Assembly: GCA_018716225.1 (NCBI GenBank)
Contig: DVKE01000011.1
Location: 1 to 49,265 of the forward strand
Direction: 5' to 3'
Source: Candidatus Onthousia faecigallinarum
GTDB lineage: Bacteria > Bacillota_I > Bacilli_A > RF39 > UBA660
Length of the DNA: 49,265 nucleotides
Shown here: positions 1-10,961 of the stretch, in pieces
Layout: each line of letters starts with the position of its first letter
How positions within the stretch are numbered: the stretch's first letter is position 1
Position numbers and translations under genes: made by a program
The notes under the pieces: generated by a model
Database searches by the model: none
The model's input: the letters and a program-made list of their open reading frames with translations, nothing else
Told to the model about the DNA's origin: nothing

Positions 1-263
1 TCTTTTTCGATCTCTTGAGGATCCTTTTCAACCAATTTATTTTTTAAAAAAAGGACTTGATTAATATTGTTAAATCCTTCTAGGGTTACCATATCATAAT
101 TTTTATGACGCCGATAGCTTTGAATCTTATAAGGAGTTTTATTGATATAGATTGTCCCTTGAAAAACTTTCTTTTTTAATTCTTCTTCAAGCGGAGATAA
201 GATGCGAATTTCTCCTTTAATTCCATGCGTATTTACCACTTTTCCTACAGAAATCCATTTCAT
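1..263 (-). CDS. rimM: 16S rRNA processing protein RimM (5' part; runs off the window)
   Basis: Manual translation from ATG at 263: MKWISVGKVVNTHGIKGEIRILS..., the RimM N-terminal GKxxNTHGIKGE motif. ATGA overlap with the upstream gene. Confidence 0.92.
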   Translation of the reverse strand, partial: MKWISVGKVVNTHGIKGEIRILSPLEEELKKKVFQGTIYINKTPYKIQSYRRHKNYDMVTLEGFNNINQVLFLKNKLVEKDPQEIEK

Positions 264-997
264 CCTTTTCGCCTCATTTCATAAAGAATAATACTAGTCG
301 CTACAGCCACATTTAAACTTTCTACTTGCCCATTCATAGGAATATAAATGTTTTTATCACTTTTTTCTAAGTAAAGAGGATTTACTCCATTTCCCTCGTT
401 ACCGACAATGAGGGCAAAACGGGCTTTTTCTTCTTCGTTTAAAGTTTCTACTTCTACCCCATACTCTACTCTGGTGGCAAAAATGGGAACCTCTAATCCC
501 TTTAGAATGGGAATTAATTTATCAATGGGAAAGGAAAAAATGGGGATATGAAAAAGCATTCCTTGCGTCGATCGTATGACTTTTGGATTATATAGATCCA
601 CACATCCATCTCCTAAAATAATGGTATCGATATCAAAAGCAACGGCACTGCGGATAATCGTTCCTAAATTCCCTGGATCTTGAACTTCATCAAGAACTAA
701 AATCCGACTTCCAATCGTCGTATCATCCATTTTCCGACAAACCCCCATAATCTTTTGAGGAGTTTCAACACTACTGATCTTCTTTAATACATCATAAGTA
801 ACAACGATTTTCGGAACATCAAGAGGCATTAATTCCTCTTCACAAAGAAGAATCTCTTTCAAAAAACCATGTTTATAAGCTTCTAAAACCAAATGTTCTC
901 CTTCCACAATAAACTCATTATTGAGATCCCGATTCTTTTTTTTCTGTAATGATTTATAATATTTTATTTTACTATTATCTAAACTTGTAATTTTCAT
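260..997 (-). CDS. TrmH/SpoU family RNA methyltransferase
   Basis: Motifs ITSLDNSKIK, QDPGNLGTIIRSA, IVGNEGNGV and ESLNVAVATSIILYE. Confidence 0.93.
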   Translation of the reverse strand: MKITSLDNSKIKYYKSLQKKKNRDLNNEFIVEGEHLVLEAYKHGFLKEILLCEEELMPLDVPKIVVTYDVLKKISSVETPQKIMGVCRKMDDTTIGSRILVLDEVQDPGNLGTIIRSAVAFDIDTIILGDGCVDLYNPKVIRSTQGMLFHIPIFSFPIDKLIPILKGLEVPIFATRVEYGVEVETLNEEEKARFALIVGNEGNGVNPLYLEKSDKNIYIPMNGQVESLNVAVATSIILYEMRRKG

Positions 998-1647
998 ACT
1001 TCCTCCTCTCCTATCTCATTGGTTAATTTGCGATAGTATTTATAATTCCTACAATTTTCTTCTACAACACTCCAAAAGCGTTTGGAATGATTGGGCTCTA
1101 CCAAATGACTTAACTCATGCATAATAACATAGTCAAGGCAATGAATATCTTTGGTGATTAATTCAAGATTCAAAGTAATGACATGTGTCTTCGTATTACA
1201 AACTCCCCAGCGACTTTTCATTTTTCGAATTCTTAAGGTAGGGTGTGGAATTTTTCTAGAAAACCGATCATAACAAGTTTCCAAATGTTCTTGAAAAAGA
1301 GAAAGGGCTTGTTTCTTTTTCCATTTATCTAAATCAAAATCTCTATGAATAAACACTTTGTCTTTTCCTAATGAAATATCACAAAATTCCGTATAGACAA
1401 TATCATACTTTTTTCCTAGAAAATAAAACTCCTCTTCTCTTTTCTTTTTTTGTTTCATTCTATGAATCATATCCACAATACTTTTTTGATTTTTACGAAT
1501 AATCTCTTCTATTTGCCGATCACTTGTAAAAGTATGACAAGTAATATGAACTGCTAAATCATCTTTTACCCGAATATATAAATTCTTAGTTGTTTTTTTC
1601 TTTTCTATGATAATGGGATAACTTTCTCCCGCAATCTCTAATTTCAT
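994..1647 (-). CDS. YgjP/DUF45 (M48-like, SprT-like) zinc metallo-hydrolase
   Basis: MKSRWGVC and DYVIMHELSHLVEPNHSKRFW (HExxH). Start moved to ATG at 1647 behind a GGTGA RBS. Confidence 0.88.
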   Translation of the reverse strand: MKLEIAGESYPIIIEKKKTTKNLYIRVKDDLAVHITCHTFTSDRQIEEIIRKNQKSIVDMIHRMKQKKKREEEFYFLGKKYDIVYTEFCDISLGKDKVFIHRDFDLDKWKKKQALSLFQEHLETCYDRFSRKIPHPTLRIRKMKSRWGVCNTKTHVITLNLELITKDIHCLDYVIMHELSHLVEPNHSKRFWSVVEENCRNYKYYRKLTNEIGEEEV

Positions 1648-1715
1648 TTTCTTCACCATTCTTATTTTACAATGAATCGAAAGAAAAAGAAACGCTCTTT
1701 TCAAAAGGACCTTTC

Positions 1716-3965
1716 TTATTCTTCATCCTCTTCATCTAATTTTACTAAAACTTCTCTTGGTTTTGAACCATTTGGAGGGCCAATAATTCCTCGCTCTTCT
1801 AATAAGTCGATAATTCTAGCGGCTCTATTATAACCCAATTTAAATCTCCGTTGTAATAAAGAGGCACTAGCTTTTTGCGTTTCGATTACAAATTCTACAA
1901 TTTCTTGATAAAGAGGATCTTCGTAATCTTCTTCTTGTGCCATATCTTCTTTCTGAGAAGCAGATTTATCACTGTCAACCGAATTTAAATTCATCATCGC
2001 TTCGTCATAGTCGGCTTTTTGTTGTTCGATGGTATAATCAATTAAACGTTTAATCTCATCATCGGAAATAAAGGCGCCTTGGACTCTTTGAGGGGCAGAT
2101 TCTCCCATGGGAAGGAATAACATGTCTCCTTTCCCCAATAATTTTTCGGCTCCTGTCGTATCTAAGATGGTTCGAGAATCAATACTACTACTAACGGCAA
2201 AAGAAATACGTGACGGAATATTAGCTTTGACTACTCCAGTAATAACATCGGTTGAGGGACGTTGCGTAGCAATAATCAAGTGAATTCCCGCTGCTCGAGC
2301 CATTTGGGTAATTCGCATAATGGAAGCCTCTACATCTTTACTGGCTACTAACATTAAATCTGCTAACTCATCCACAATTACCACAATATAAGGCATATGC
2401 TTTAATTGCTCATCGGATCCTAACGTTTTATTTTTTTGATCAATATAATTGTTATAAGTGGTAATATTTTTGGTCTTTGATTCTTCAAAGACATCATATC
2501 TTCGTTCCATTTCAGAAACGATCTTAGCAAGAGCCACACTTGCTTTTTTCGGATCAGTTACCACCGGACACATCAAATGGGGAATGCCATTATAAACCGA
2601 AAGTTCAACTTTTTTAGGATCGACCATGACCAATTTAACTTCATCAGGTTTAGTACGCATTAAAATGGAAGCGATAATTCCATTAATACACACCGATTTA
2701 CCAGAACCAGTCGCTCCTGCTACCAACAAGTGAGGAGTTTTATCAATCTCACACCAGACAACATTGCCCATAATATTTTTCCCCAATGGGCATAATAACT
2801 TACTACTCGCTTTCGAACTAGGTACTTTCTCTAAAACTTCTCGGAAACTAACAGGACTCGTCTCATCATTTGGCAATTCAATTCCAACCGTATTTTTGCC
2901 AGGAATAGGAGCCTCAATGCGCACATCTTTCTTAGCTAACGCCAAGGAAATTTCCCGGTGAAGCGATAATAATTTGCTAATTTTAGTACCAGTTTGTAAT
3001 TCCAGCTCATACTGGGTTACCGCTGGACCAATATGAACCTCTACCACTTTGCCAATGACTCCAAAATCTTTTAATACTTCTTCTAGGGTTTCAATATTCT
3101 TTTCAATTTGTCCTTGATTCATAGTATTCTTATTCTTCTTAGGCGAATCCAAAAGCGTAATCGGGGGAAGGGTATAATTGGCATTATGCGTAACAGCTGC
3201 AACCGGAACATTTTCTTTCTCTTCACTTTCTTCCTCTTCTTTTTCATCCTTAGTTTTTACTTTCGTTAATTCATCAATACTAGAAATGATAATTTTCTTC
3301 TCTTCCTCTTTCGGCTCGAAAGGTTCCTCATTTCCCGTAATAATAGGCTTCTTCTCCCCTTCCACTTCTCTATTACTTTTCTTCGGTAAATGATCTTTCG
3401 CCGCTTTTGCTTTTTCTTTGATAAAATCGACAATTGAAAAACCAGTAAACAAACAAATTCCAATAATGATAAAAGTCCAAGCAACAATCTGCATTCCTTT
3501 ATAAGAGAAAAGCGTTGCAAACAAAACAGAAAAAACGCAGCCAACCATTCCTCCTCCAATAATATCCGGAAGTCGATTACTCATGATATTGGAAAAAGCC
3601 AAAGAAATTTGATCGATCGTTTCCGTAAAAGTCTTAATCGCATTACTATCATTTTCAATAATATAATTTTCATGCATTAGTACAAGTAAACCTATTACAA
3701 ATAGATAACAACCTAACATTTTGGTCGTAAAAAAATTAGGCCATTCGCGCTTTATGATCATATAAATTCCTAAAACAAGAGCGCAGAGTAGCAAAATATT
3801 ATAACCAACACCAACTAAAAAAACAGCAAAACTAGAAATCAATCCCCCTACAGGACCATATCGACCTAATCCTAAAATCGCCGCTAAAATAAATAGGACT
3901 CCATAAAGTTCTACTTTATAAGCAAATCCTTTCTTTTCTTCTTTTTTCTTTTTTTTCTTTGCCAT
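1716..3965 (-). CDS. ftsK: DNA translocase FtsK/SpoIIIE
   Basis: N-terminal TM helices, PHLLVAGATGSGKS Walker A, IVDELADLM, ATQRPS, and the C-terminal gamma domain ASASLLQRRFKLGYNRAARI. Confidence 0.96.
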   Translation of the reverse strand: MAKKKKKKEEKKGFAYKVELYGVLFILAAILGLGRYGPVGGLISSFAVFLVGVGYNILLLCALVLGIYMIIKREWPNFFTTKMLGCYLFVIGLLVLMHENYIIENDSNAIKTFTETIDQISLAFSNIMSNRLPDIIGGGMVGCVFSVLFATLFSYKGMQIVAWTFIIIGICLFTGFSIVDFIKEKAKAAKDHLPKKSNREVEGEKKPIITGNEEPFEPKEEEKKIIISSIDELTKVKTKDEKEEEESEEKENVPVAAVTHNANYTLPPITLLDSPKKNKNTMNQGQIEKNIETLEEVLKDFGVIGKVVEVHIGPAVTQYELELQTGTKISKLLSLHREISLALAKKDVRIEAPIPGKNTVGIELPNDETSPVSFREVLEKVPSSKASSKLLCPLGKNIMGNVVWCEIDKTPHLLVAGATGSGKSVCINGIIASILMRTKPDEVKLVMVDPKKVELSVYNGIPHLMCPVVTDPKKASVALAKIVSEMERRYDVFEESKTKNITTYNNYIDQKNKTLGSDEQLKHMPYIVVIVDELADLMLVASKDVEASIMRITQMARAAGIHLIIATQRPSTDVITGVVKANIPSRISFAVSSSIDSRTILDTTGAEKLLGKGDMLFLPMGESAPQRVQGAFISDDEIKRLIDYTIEQQKADYDEAMMNLNSVDSDKSASQKEDMAQEEDYEDPLYQEIVEFVIETQKASASLLQRRFKLGYNRAARIIDLLEERGIIGPPNGSKPREVLVKLDEEDEE

Positions 3966-4043
3966 TCTTCGTCACCTTCTACACTTGAAATTATATCATA
4001 CCTTTCAAATGCTTTCCAAGAGGAATGTCAAGTAGAAGCAAAA

Positions 4044-4874
4044 TTATTCTTTGGTTAACTCCAAAAGATAGAAAGAATCCCCTTCTTTTTGAAAAACATA
4101 AGTGTAAATCGGAAATTTTTCTTTGTGCTCTAAATACTGCCGTTTAACTTTTTCCTCAGTATCAATCAAAGCATCTTCCCCATAAATCGCATAAAGATCA
4201 AACATTTGATTTTGGCTGAAAACCGCATCGGTATAAGTAGCATAATAAGTCATCGGAACAAAAGATGGATCCGTTATAAGATTTGAGAAGGCTTTTTTTA
4301 CTTGAATCGTATAAATATCCTCTTTTTTCTCTCCTTTTTGATAATAATTTTCTACCTCAAGAAAAGGAAGAGGTCCATGCCCATGGTCTTCTAAATCTAG
4401 GGTATAAGACTCTGTTATGTCATCATAGATCAATAAAGGTAATTGATCCAAAGGACACAAATAATCATCTTGCGTCATTAAAGCCACTCCTTTCCCAAAG
4501 TAACTTTCTAAAATACTATTTATTTTCGCTAAACTAACCGAACGATCCCAATCGATATTCCACTCTTTTTTTTCGGTGTTATTAAGACGATAAACAAAAT
4601 CTAATTTCTCCTCCGTTGTCATAGCCAAAGGCTCCATAGTACCATCATATTGGATAAAGGAATCATCATAAAGCGAAACGAGATCAAAAAGAGTATCCCT
4701 TTCTTCCTCTGTTAAATTCACTTCTTCGGCTACAATAGGTAACTCTTCTTCCTTTTCTACTTCTTTCTTTCCTGTCAAATCTTTTAAAACTGCAACCAAT
4801 AAAAGAATAACAATACTACATAAGATCAAAAACATAAGAAGCATAACTGTCCGATCTTTTTTCATTCGACTCAT
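4044..4874 (-). CDS. Uncharacterised N-terminally anchored acidic extracellular protein (paralog family with 11494..12129)
   Basis: Basic N-terminus, one TM helix, acidic ectodomain ending YTYVFQKEGDSFYL. Confidence 0.7.
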   Translation of the reverse strand: MSRMKKDRTVMLLMFLILCSIVILLLVAVLKDLTGKKEVEKEEELPIVAEEVNLTEEERDTLFDLVSLYDDSFIQYDGTMEPLAMTTEEKLDFVYRLNNTEKKEWNIDWDRSVSLAKINSILESYFGKGVALMTQDDYLCPLDQLPLLIYDDITESYTLDLEDHGHGPLPFLEVENYYQKGEKKEDIYTIQVKKAFSNLITDPSFVPMTYYATYTDAVFSQNQMFDLYAIYGEDALIDTEEKVKRQYLEHKEKFPIYTYVFQKEGDSFYLLELTKE

Positions 4875-4956
4875 TTTTCTCACCTTCTATTTACAGTATA
4901 TAGAAAAGAAAACCAAAATACCATTTTTTTCTACTTCTTTTTTTTTAATTTACATC

Positions 4957-4977
4957 AAAAAAAGAGCTTCTGCTCTT
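4957..4977 (-). terminator. Rho-independent terminator of ftsAZ
   Basis: - strand AAGAGC-AGAA-GCTCTT followed by a T-tract, overlapping the ftsZ stop. Confidence 0.7.
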
Positions 4978-6112
4978 AATAATTTTTATCTCTTAAAAAT
5001 GGGGGGAAATCATAATCGGAATCATCTAACACTTCCCCACTATCATCATCATCATCATCATTCTGAGAGTTTGCAGCTACATAAGAAATTTCTTCTCTTG
5101 CTGATCTTCGATTCGGCTGTTGTTGAACATTAGAAAAAACCGGTTTCGAAGGTTCCTCATTTTTTCGATCAAAACCTGTAGCAATGACCGTTACGATGAC
5201 CTCATCAGATAAGTTTTCATTGATAACCGAACCAAAAATGGTATTAATATCTGTTCCAGAGGCTGCTCTTACAACCTCAGCTGCCTGTTCCGCTTCAAAA
5301 AGGGTTAAGTTTACCCCACCGGTAATATTAATAATAGCATCCGTTGCCCCTGATATACTCGTTTCTAGTAAAGGACTCGATACGGCTTGCTGAGCAGCCT
5401 CAATAGCTCTATCTTCGCCCATACCAATACCAATTCCGATAATCGCTCTACCAGAATCTTTCATAACAGATTGAACATCCGCAAAATCTAGGTTGACAAG
5501 TCCGACTACTGCAATTAAATCAGAAATGGATTGAACACCTCTTCTTAAAACATTATCGACTTCTTTGAATGCTTCAAGCATTGGGGTGGTTTTATCGATA
5601 ATCTCTCTTAAACGGTCATTTGGAATAACAATCAAGGTATCGACATGTTTTTCAAGCTCTGCTAATCCTTTTAGAGCATTATCCATCCTCTTTTTTCCTT
5701 CAAAAGTGAATGGTTTTGTAACAATTGCCACAGTTAAAGCACCTAACGCTTGAGCAATTTCAGCTACAACGGGAGCTGCTCCCGTACCTGTTCCACCACC
5801 CATTCCACAAGTAATAAAAACCATGTCAGCTCCAGCAAGAGCATCCTCAATTTCCTTTTTTGATTCAAGCGCTGCTTCCCTACCAATATCTGGTCTACTT
5901 CCAGCGCCAAGCCCATCGGTAAGATTTGCTCCTAACTGAATTTTTACATCTGCTTTGGAATTATTTAATACTTGTAAATCGGTATTCGCTACAATGAATT
6001 CTACGCCCTTTACTCCTGATTCTACCATACGGTTAACAGCATTACCTCCGCCGCCTCCGCAACCGATTACTTTTATCTTCGCTAATTGATCCATTTCTAG
6101 TCCGTTTCCCAT
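4976..6112 (-). CDS. ftsZ: Cell division protein FtsZ
   Basis: [11 protein letters not shown], tubulin signature [17 protein letters not shown]-terminal core peptide DFPPFLR. Confidence 0.98.
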   Translation of the reverse strand: MGNGLEMDQLAKIKVIGCGGGGGNAVNRMVESGVKGVEFIVANTDLQVLNNSKADVKIQLGANLTDGLGAGSRPDIGREAALESKKEIEDALAGADMVFITCGMGGGTGTGAAPVVAEIAQALGALTVAIVTKPFTFEGKKRMDNALKGLAELEKHVDTLIVIPNDRLREIIDKTTPMLEAFKEVDNVLRRGVQSISDLIAVVGLVNLDFADVQSVMKDSGRAIIGIGIGMGEDRAIEAAQQAVSSPLLETSISGATDAIINITGGVNLTLFEAEQAAEVVRAASGTDINTIFGSVINENLSDEVIVTVIATGFDRKNEEPSKPVFSNVQQQPNRRSAREEISYVAANSQNDDDDDDSGEVLDDSDYDFPPFLRDKNY

Positions 6113-6124
6113 GTTTGTTCCTCC

Positions 6125-7372
6125 TTAATTAGTATCAAAAAAGTTATAGAAAAATTTATTAATCATCGTTTCATTCGCGGTACTTTTCTTCTTTGGTTCT
6201 AAAAGAATATCTTGTTCCTCTTCTTTAAACATACTAATATCTTTCCCACTCAGCATGCATTTACGGTGAAAATACTTACAACTTCCAAGAGCACTTGTAA
6301 ATTTATTATGTCTTGCCCCTAACTCTTGCATATTGAAACAACTTGCATTTCGTGATAGAACATCATCGACTAAATAGTTAAATCCTGCCAGTTCGCTGAT
6401 TCCACCTACTACGATTATATAACTAATTTCTCTTTTTGTTAAGTGATTTATTTCATTTTTGGCAAGTTTTAAAATTTCCTTCAACCGCGATTCGATCACT
6501 TCAGAAATTTCTGGCTGCTGTATTGTTATCTTCTTTCCTTCCTTCGTTGTAACCTCTTTCGTATCATTATAATCCGCATAACGTCCCACCGATAAAGCAA
6601 AGGTTTCCTTCAATTCTCTTGCCACCTTTAAGTCCACTTTATAGATATAAGAAATATCTTTATCTACACTACTACTACCCACTGGCAAAAAAGAGTTTTT
6701 AATCATAATCCCTTTATTAAAGATCGCAATTGTGGTAACATCACCACCAATATTAATAATACAACCCATCTTCCGATCCAACTCTTTTGTTGTCACACAA
6801 TAATAATCTGCTTGGGTATTATAAACAATATCCGTAATATTAACTCCTAAACTGCGCACTAAATCAATATAAGGATAAATTTCACTTTTAGAACTCGTTG
6901 CTACTACCGCTTTTGCAAAAAGCTTTTCTCCTTCCTCATCCTTAGGATCGGCTACCGCTGCCTCTTCATCAACCGTAAAAGAAATGGGTAAACAAGTTAC
7001 AAGTTCCCGATCGGTTTCATAAGATCCATAAGCAGCATCTTTTAAAACTGCCACTACATCACTACCCCGTACTACACCCGTCCGAATATTCACAAGTCCT
7101 GTTTCCATCGTCATCTGAGCAGTATTTGCCGGAACGCAAAGAATCACTTCTCTTATTTTCATACTAAGTTTTTCTTCGGTTTTAACAAGAGCTTTATGAA
7201 GCGCTTCTTTTAATTTTTTACTATCATAAATGGTATTTTTTTTCATACCAGCACTTCGAATCGAAGTCGAAGCTAACACATAAAAGTCACTTCCCTCTGC
7301 CTCTGCTACAACGATTTTAATCTGATCGTTGCCAATATCTAGACCTGTATATATATGATTCAATGGAATCAC
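6125..7372 (-). CDS. ftsA: Cell division protein FtsA
   Basis: GLDIG actin-like phosphate loop, INIGGDVTTIA, ARELKETF, VVGGISEL; directly upstream of ftsZ. True start may be TTG at 7363. Confidence 0.9.
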   Translation of the reverse strand: MIPLNHIYTGLDIGNDQIKIVVAEAEGSDFYVLASTSIRSAGMKKNTIYDSKKLKEALHKALVKTEEKLSMKIREVILCVPANTAQMTMETGLVNIRTGVVRGSDVVAVLKDAAYGSYETDRELVTCLPISFTVDEEAAVADPKDEEGEKLFAKAVVATSSKSEIYPYIDLVRSLGVNITDIVYNTQADYYCVTTKELDRKMGCIINIGGDVTTIAIFNKGIMIKNSFLPVGSSSVDKDISYIYKVDLKVARELKETFALSVGRYADYNDTKEVTTKEGKKITIQQPEISEVIESRLKEILKLAKNEINHLTKREISYIIVVGGISELAGFNYLVDDVLSRNASCFNMQELGARHNKFTSALGSCKYFHRKCMLSGKDISMFKEEEQDILLEPKKKSTANETMINKFFYNFFDTN

Positions 7373-7386
7373 CTCTATCTTTTTTC

Positions 7387-7415
7387 ATTATACCGAAATT
7401 TGTCCTCTTTCACAA
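7387..7415 (-). promoter_or_regulatory. sigma-A promoter of ftsAZ
   Basis: - strand TTGTGA-N17-TATAAT upstream of a GAGGTG RBS. Confidence 0.6.
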
Positions 7416-7482
7416 GAGCAAAATAAATCATATTTTTAAAACCCCAAGAAAAAAAGAGAAGAAAAAATGAACGATTTCTCTT

Positions 7483-9507
7483 TTAACTATTTTTGACATA
7501 AGAACAAGAACTACATTTAATTTGCTTGCCATGTTCTACTAACAAAGAACCACACTGAGGACATTTCTCATTCAAAGGTTTATCCCAAAAAGCCACTTTA
7601 CATTTTGGATAATTACTGCAACCATAGAAAATTTTTCCTTTTCTTGTTCTTCGCTCTAAAATTTTTCCCCCACACGAAGGACAATCCGCTACCTCTATAC
7701 GTTCTTTTTCCTCTTTTTTGACATATTTACATTCGGGATAATTACTACAAGCGATAAACTCTCCATAACGACCAACACGCTTCACAAGAGGATGCCCACA
7801 TTCTGGACACATTTCGCCCGTTTCTTCTGCTTCTTTTTTCTCCATATCAGAGAATGCCTTTTCAACTCTTGGTTCGAAGACATCATAAAACTCTTTCAAT
7901 ACCTCATTCCAAACCATCTCACCATCGGCAATCTTATCTAAATCATCCTCCATTTCTTTCGTATATTTTACATTAATAATATCCGAGAAAAACTCTTGTA
8001 ATTTATCCGTAGTTTCAACTCCCATTTCCGTTGGCTTAAACTTCTTATTCTCCATCACCACATAACCACGTTCTTTTAAGGTATCAATGGTTTTCGCATA
8101 GGTACTAGGGCGTCCAATTTCAAGCTCTTCCATCTCTTTAATTAATTTCGCTTCGGAATATCGAGCAGGCGGTTTCGTAAAATGCTGTTCTTTGGTCACT
8201 TCTTTGGCTTGATAATTTTTTCCTTCTTCAAGCGCAGGCAAAATCTTATCCTCACTCGATTCATACTCTTGATATACTTTTAAATAACCATCAAAAACAA
8301 GCACTCCCCCTGTTGTTTTAAACTGATAATCGTGGTTATCAAGAAGAACCGTGGTTTGATCTACTTTGGCATCCGCCATCAAAGAAGCAAGAGCTCTAGC
8401 ATAAATCAAAGAATAAAGCTTATATTCATCTTTACTTAAATATTTCTCTACTTTTTTAGGACTTCTTAAAATACTAGTCGGACGAATTCCCTCATGCGCA
8501 TCCTGCACATTTTCTTTTTTCTTTGTTTGTTTGGCATAACCAATATACTCTTTCCCATAATTCTCTTCTATAAAATGATAAGTACTACCAATAAACTCAT
8601 CCGATAAGCGCACCGAATCCGTTCTCATATAGGTAATTAAACCCGTTGTCTCACTACCCAAATCAATTCCTTCATATAATTTTTGAGCCAGACTCATCGT
8701 CTTCTTGGCCGTAAATCCTAATTTTGTCGAAGCTTCTTGTTGTAGGGTTGAGGTAATAAAAGGAGGGCGACTTTTTTTCGCTTTCACTTTTTTCTCAATA
8801 CTCGATAATAGAAAATCCGATCCCAAAGAAGATAACACTTTATCAGCTTCATCTTCCTTCTCTAGTTTTATTTCCTTTCCTTGATACTGAAATAAATCTG
8901 CTTCAAACCCCTCAAAAAAGGCCGTAATCGTCCAATATTCTTTCGCTTGAAACGCTTCAATCTCTCTTTCCCGATCAACAATTAATTTTAAAGCTACACT
9001 CTGAACACGACCCGCACTTTTCGCTTTAATTTTTGATTGCAATAATTTGGAAAGCCGAAAACCAATAATCCGATCTAAAATACGTCTTGTCTCTTGACTC
9101 TTCACTAGATTTTGATCGATCTTAGAAGGATGCTTCATTGCCTCTAATACTTTATCTTTCGTAATCTCATGAAACAAAACCCGATCATAATTATCCCCAA
9201 TACCAAGAGCTTCTTTTAAATGCCAAGAAATCGCTTCCCCTTCCCGATCTGGGTCCGTTGCAAGAATAATATGATCACTATTTTGAACCGCTTTTTTTAA
9301 ATCACTAATGATCTTTTTCTTTCCCTTTAAAGGAACATAATTTGGCGTAAAGCCATGCTCAACATCAACCCCTAAACCAAGCTTACCAGTAGTAGCCAAA
9401 TCCCGAATATGCCCCTGACTTGCTACCACTTTATAATCTTTTCCTAAATACTTTTCAATGGTTTTACTTTTACTTGGACTTTCGACAATCACTAAATTCT
9501 TCGCCAT
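7483..9507 (-). CDS. topA: DNA topoisomerase I
   Basis: LVIVESPSK, ATDPDREGEAI, SAGRVQS, active-site GLITYMRTDS, C-terminal C4 zinc ribbons. Confidence 0.98.
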   Translation of the reverse strand: MAKNLVIVESPSKSKTIEKYLGKDYKVVASQGHIRDLATTGKLGLGVDVEHGFTPNYVPLKGKKKIISDLKKAVQNSDHIILATDPDREGEAISWHLKEALGIGDNYDRVLFHEITKDKVLEAMKHPSKIDQNLVKSQETRRILDRIIGFRLSKLLQSKIKAKSAGRVQSVALKLIVDREREIEAFQAKEYWTITAFFEGFEADLFQYQGKEIKLEKEDEADKVLSSLGSDFLLSSIEKKVKAKKSRPPFITSTLQQEASTKLGFTAKKTMSLAQKLYEGIDLGSETTGLITYMRTDSVRLSDEFIGSTYHFIEENYGKEYIGYAKQTKKKENVQDAHEGIRPTSILRSPKKVEKYLSKDEYKLYSLIYARALASLMADAKVDQTTVLLDNHDYQFKTTGGVLVFDGYLKVYQEYESSEDKILPALEEGKNYQAKEVTKEQHFTKPPARYSEAKLIKEMEELEIGRPSTYAKTIDTLKERGYVVMENKKFKPTEMGVETTDKLQEFFSDIINVKYTKEMEDDLDKIADGEMVWNEVLKEFYDVFEPRVEKAFSDMEKKEAEETGEMCPECGHPLVKRVGRYGEFIACSNYPECKYVKKEEKERIEVADCPSCGGKILERRTRKGKIFYGCSNYPKCKVAFWDKPLNEKCPQCGSLLVEHGKQIKCSSCSYVKNS

Positions 9508-9537
9508 TTCTTTGTCTCCTTCTTTTACACTTATAAC

Positions 9538-10173
9538 TTATACTCTAACTTCTTGTTCCTTGTCAATCTTTTTTTCTAAAACTTTCTTAACCGGACCATA
9601 GGTCTTGCGATGTTCTTCCAAAACCCCATACTTCTCTAAAGCCTCTAAATGCTTTTTGGTCGGATAACCTTTATTATGTTTAAAATCATACATGGGATAT
9701 TTTTGATCTAATTCTAACAGCATATGATCTCGCGTTACTTTCGCAATAACACTAGCAGCCGAAATCGTAATACTTTTTAAATCCCCTTTAATAATCGAAG
9801 TGCTAGGAACATCAAGATCAAGCTTCATCGCATCAATTAAAACGTGCTCAGGCTTTATAGGACAATTTGATATTGCCTTTACCATCGCTTCCTTTGTCGC
9901 TTCATAAATATTAATCTCATCGATTCTCTTTGCGGAAACAATCCCAATGCCAATGCCTAAGGCCTGTTCTTTAATCATAGGATACAACGCTTCTCTTTTT
10001 TTCTCCGATAACTTCTTCGAATCCGTCAAACCCGGTAAATCAAACTTTTCTGGTAAGATCACACAAGCGGTAACCACCGGCCCCACCAAAGGCCCCCGAC
10101 CTACTTCATCGACTCCGGCAATTAAAGTAATTCCTTTGTTTCTTAACTCTCTTTCATACTGATAATTATCCAT
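9538..10173 (-). CDS. rnhB: Ribonuclease HII
   Basis: [20 protein letters not shown], [18 protein letters not shown]. Confidence 0.97.
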   Translation of the reverse strand: MDNYQYERELRNKGITLIAGVDEVGRGPLVGPVVTACVILPEKFDLPGLTDSKKLSEKKREALYPMIKEQALGIGIGIVSAKRIDEINIYEATKEAMVKAISNCPIKPEHVLIDAMKLDLDVPSTSIIKGDLKSITISAASVIAKVTRDHMLLELDQKYPMYDFKHNKGYPTKKHLEALEKYGVLEEHRKTYGPVKKVLEKKIDKEQEVRV

Positions 10174-10176
10174 AAT

Positions 10177-10908
10177 TTATCCTTTCTTAAAATAATCATT
10201 CTCAAACAACGTATAAAGCAACGCTGGATAACTGCTAATATATTGTATTTGCCAAAGCAACTCCAACGGCACTTCTTGATCTCTTACATAAAATAAAAAT
10301 CGAGTCATCTCATCACCACTATCAAGCGATAACATCACTTCTTTCCCAAGTGATAACTGCTCTTCAAAAATATTTTGGTCAAACATCTCTATTGAAAAGA
10401 TATAAAAATCAACATCAATATAACTACTATTATTAATGTCCAAAACTACTCCAAGCTTACGATTTGCAATATTTTTTTTCATCGCATACAAAAGATTATA
10501 ACTAGAACTACACACAAAAATATTTAAAGAAGGATATTTTGAAATAATATCAGAAACCACTCTTGCATAGGTATTATTCTCTTCGGTTATCTTTTGAATA
10601 TTTTGAATTAACACTACTTCATTCAAAGGAAGTAAATTCAAAATGAACTTTTGTTCCCCACTTATATTCATCTTTAAGGCATCTTCTAAAAAGAAAACAT
10701 CTAAATAAGAAATCTCTTCTAAATTACTATTTTGAATTGTATTAATTGTCGTTTGATTACTCATCACTGGAGAAAAAACTAAAACTTGTTTATCTTTCGT
10801 CATCACCACATCTAGCATAATTCCCTGTACCGCATCGATTTCTTGTAAAATTTCCTTTATAAATTCTTGATTATTATAAAGATTACTTTTCCTGGCAATA
10901 ATCTGCAT
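10177..10908 (-). CDS. Degenerate glycerophosphodiester phosphodiesterase (GDPD)-like protein
   Basis: IIARK...GIMLDVVMTKDKQVLVF echoes the GDPD pattern IAHRG...IExDVxxTKDGxxVVxHD but lacks the catalytic residues. Likely start ATG at 10908. Confidence 0.55.
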   Translation of the reverse strand: MQIIARKSNLYNNQEFIKEILQEIDAVQGIMLDVVMTKDKQVLVFSPVMSNQTTINTIQNSNLEEISYLDVFFLEDALKMNISGEQKFILNLLPLNEVVLIQNIQKITEENNTYARVVSDIISKYPSLNIFVCSSSYNLLYAMKKNIANRKLGVVLDINNSSYIDVDFYIFSIEMFDQNIFEEQLSLGKEVMLSLDSGDEMTRFLFYVRDQEVPLELLWQIQYISSYPALLYTLFENDYFKKG

Positions 10909-10932
10909 AACATCATCCTCTCGTTTCACCTT

Positions 10933-10961
10933 ATCTTATGAAACAAAAGAAAAAGAAATGC
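10933..10961 (-). promoter_or_regulatory. Putative sigma-E-type (mother-cell) promoter
   Basis: - strand GCATTTC-N14-CATAAGAT resembles the B. subtilis sigE consensus. Confidence 0.35.

Noticed and set aside
5042..5061. (ATC)n microsatellite as a phase-variation site
   Set aside because: It encodes the poly-Asp FtsZ linker; triplet changes keep the frame.
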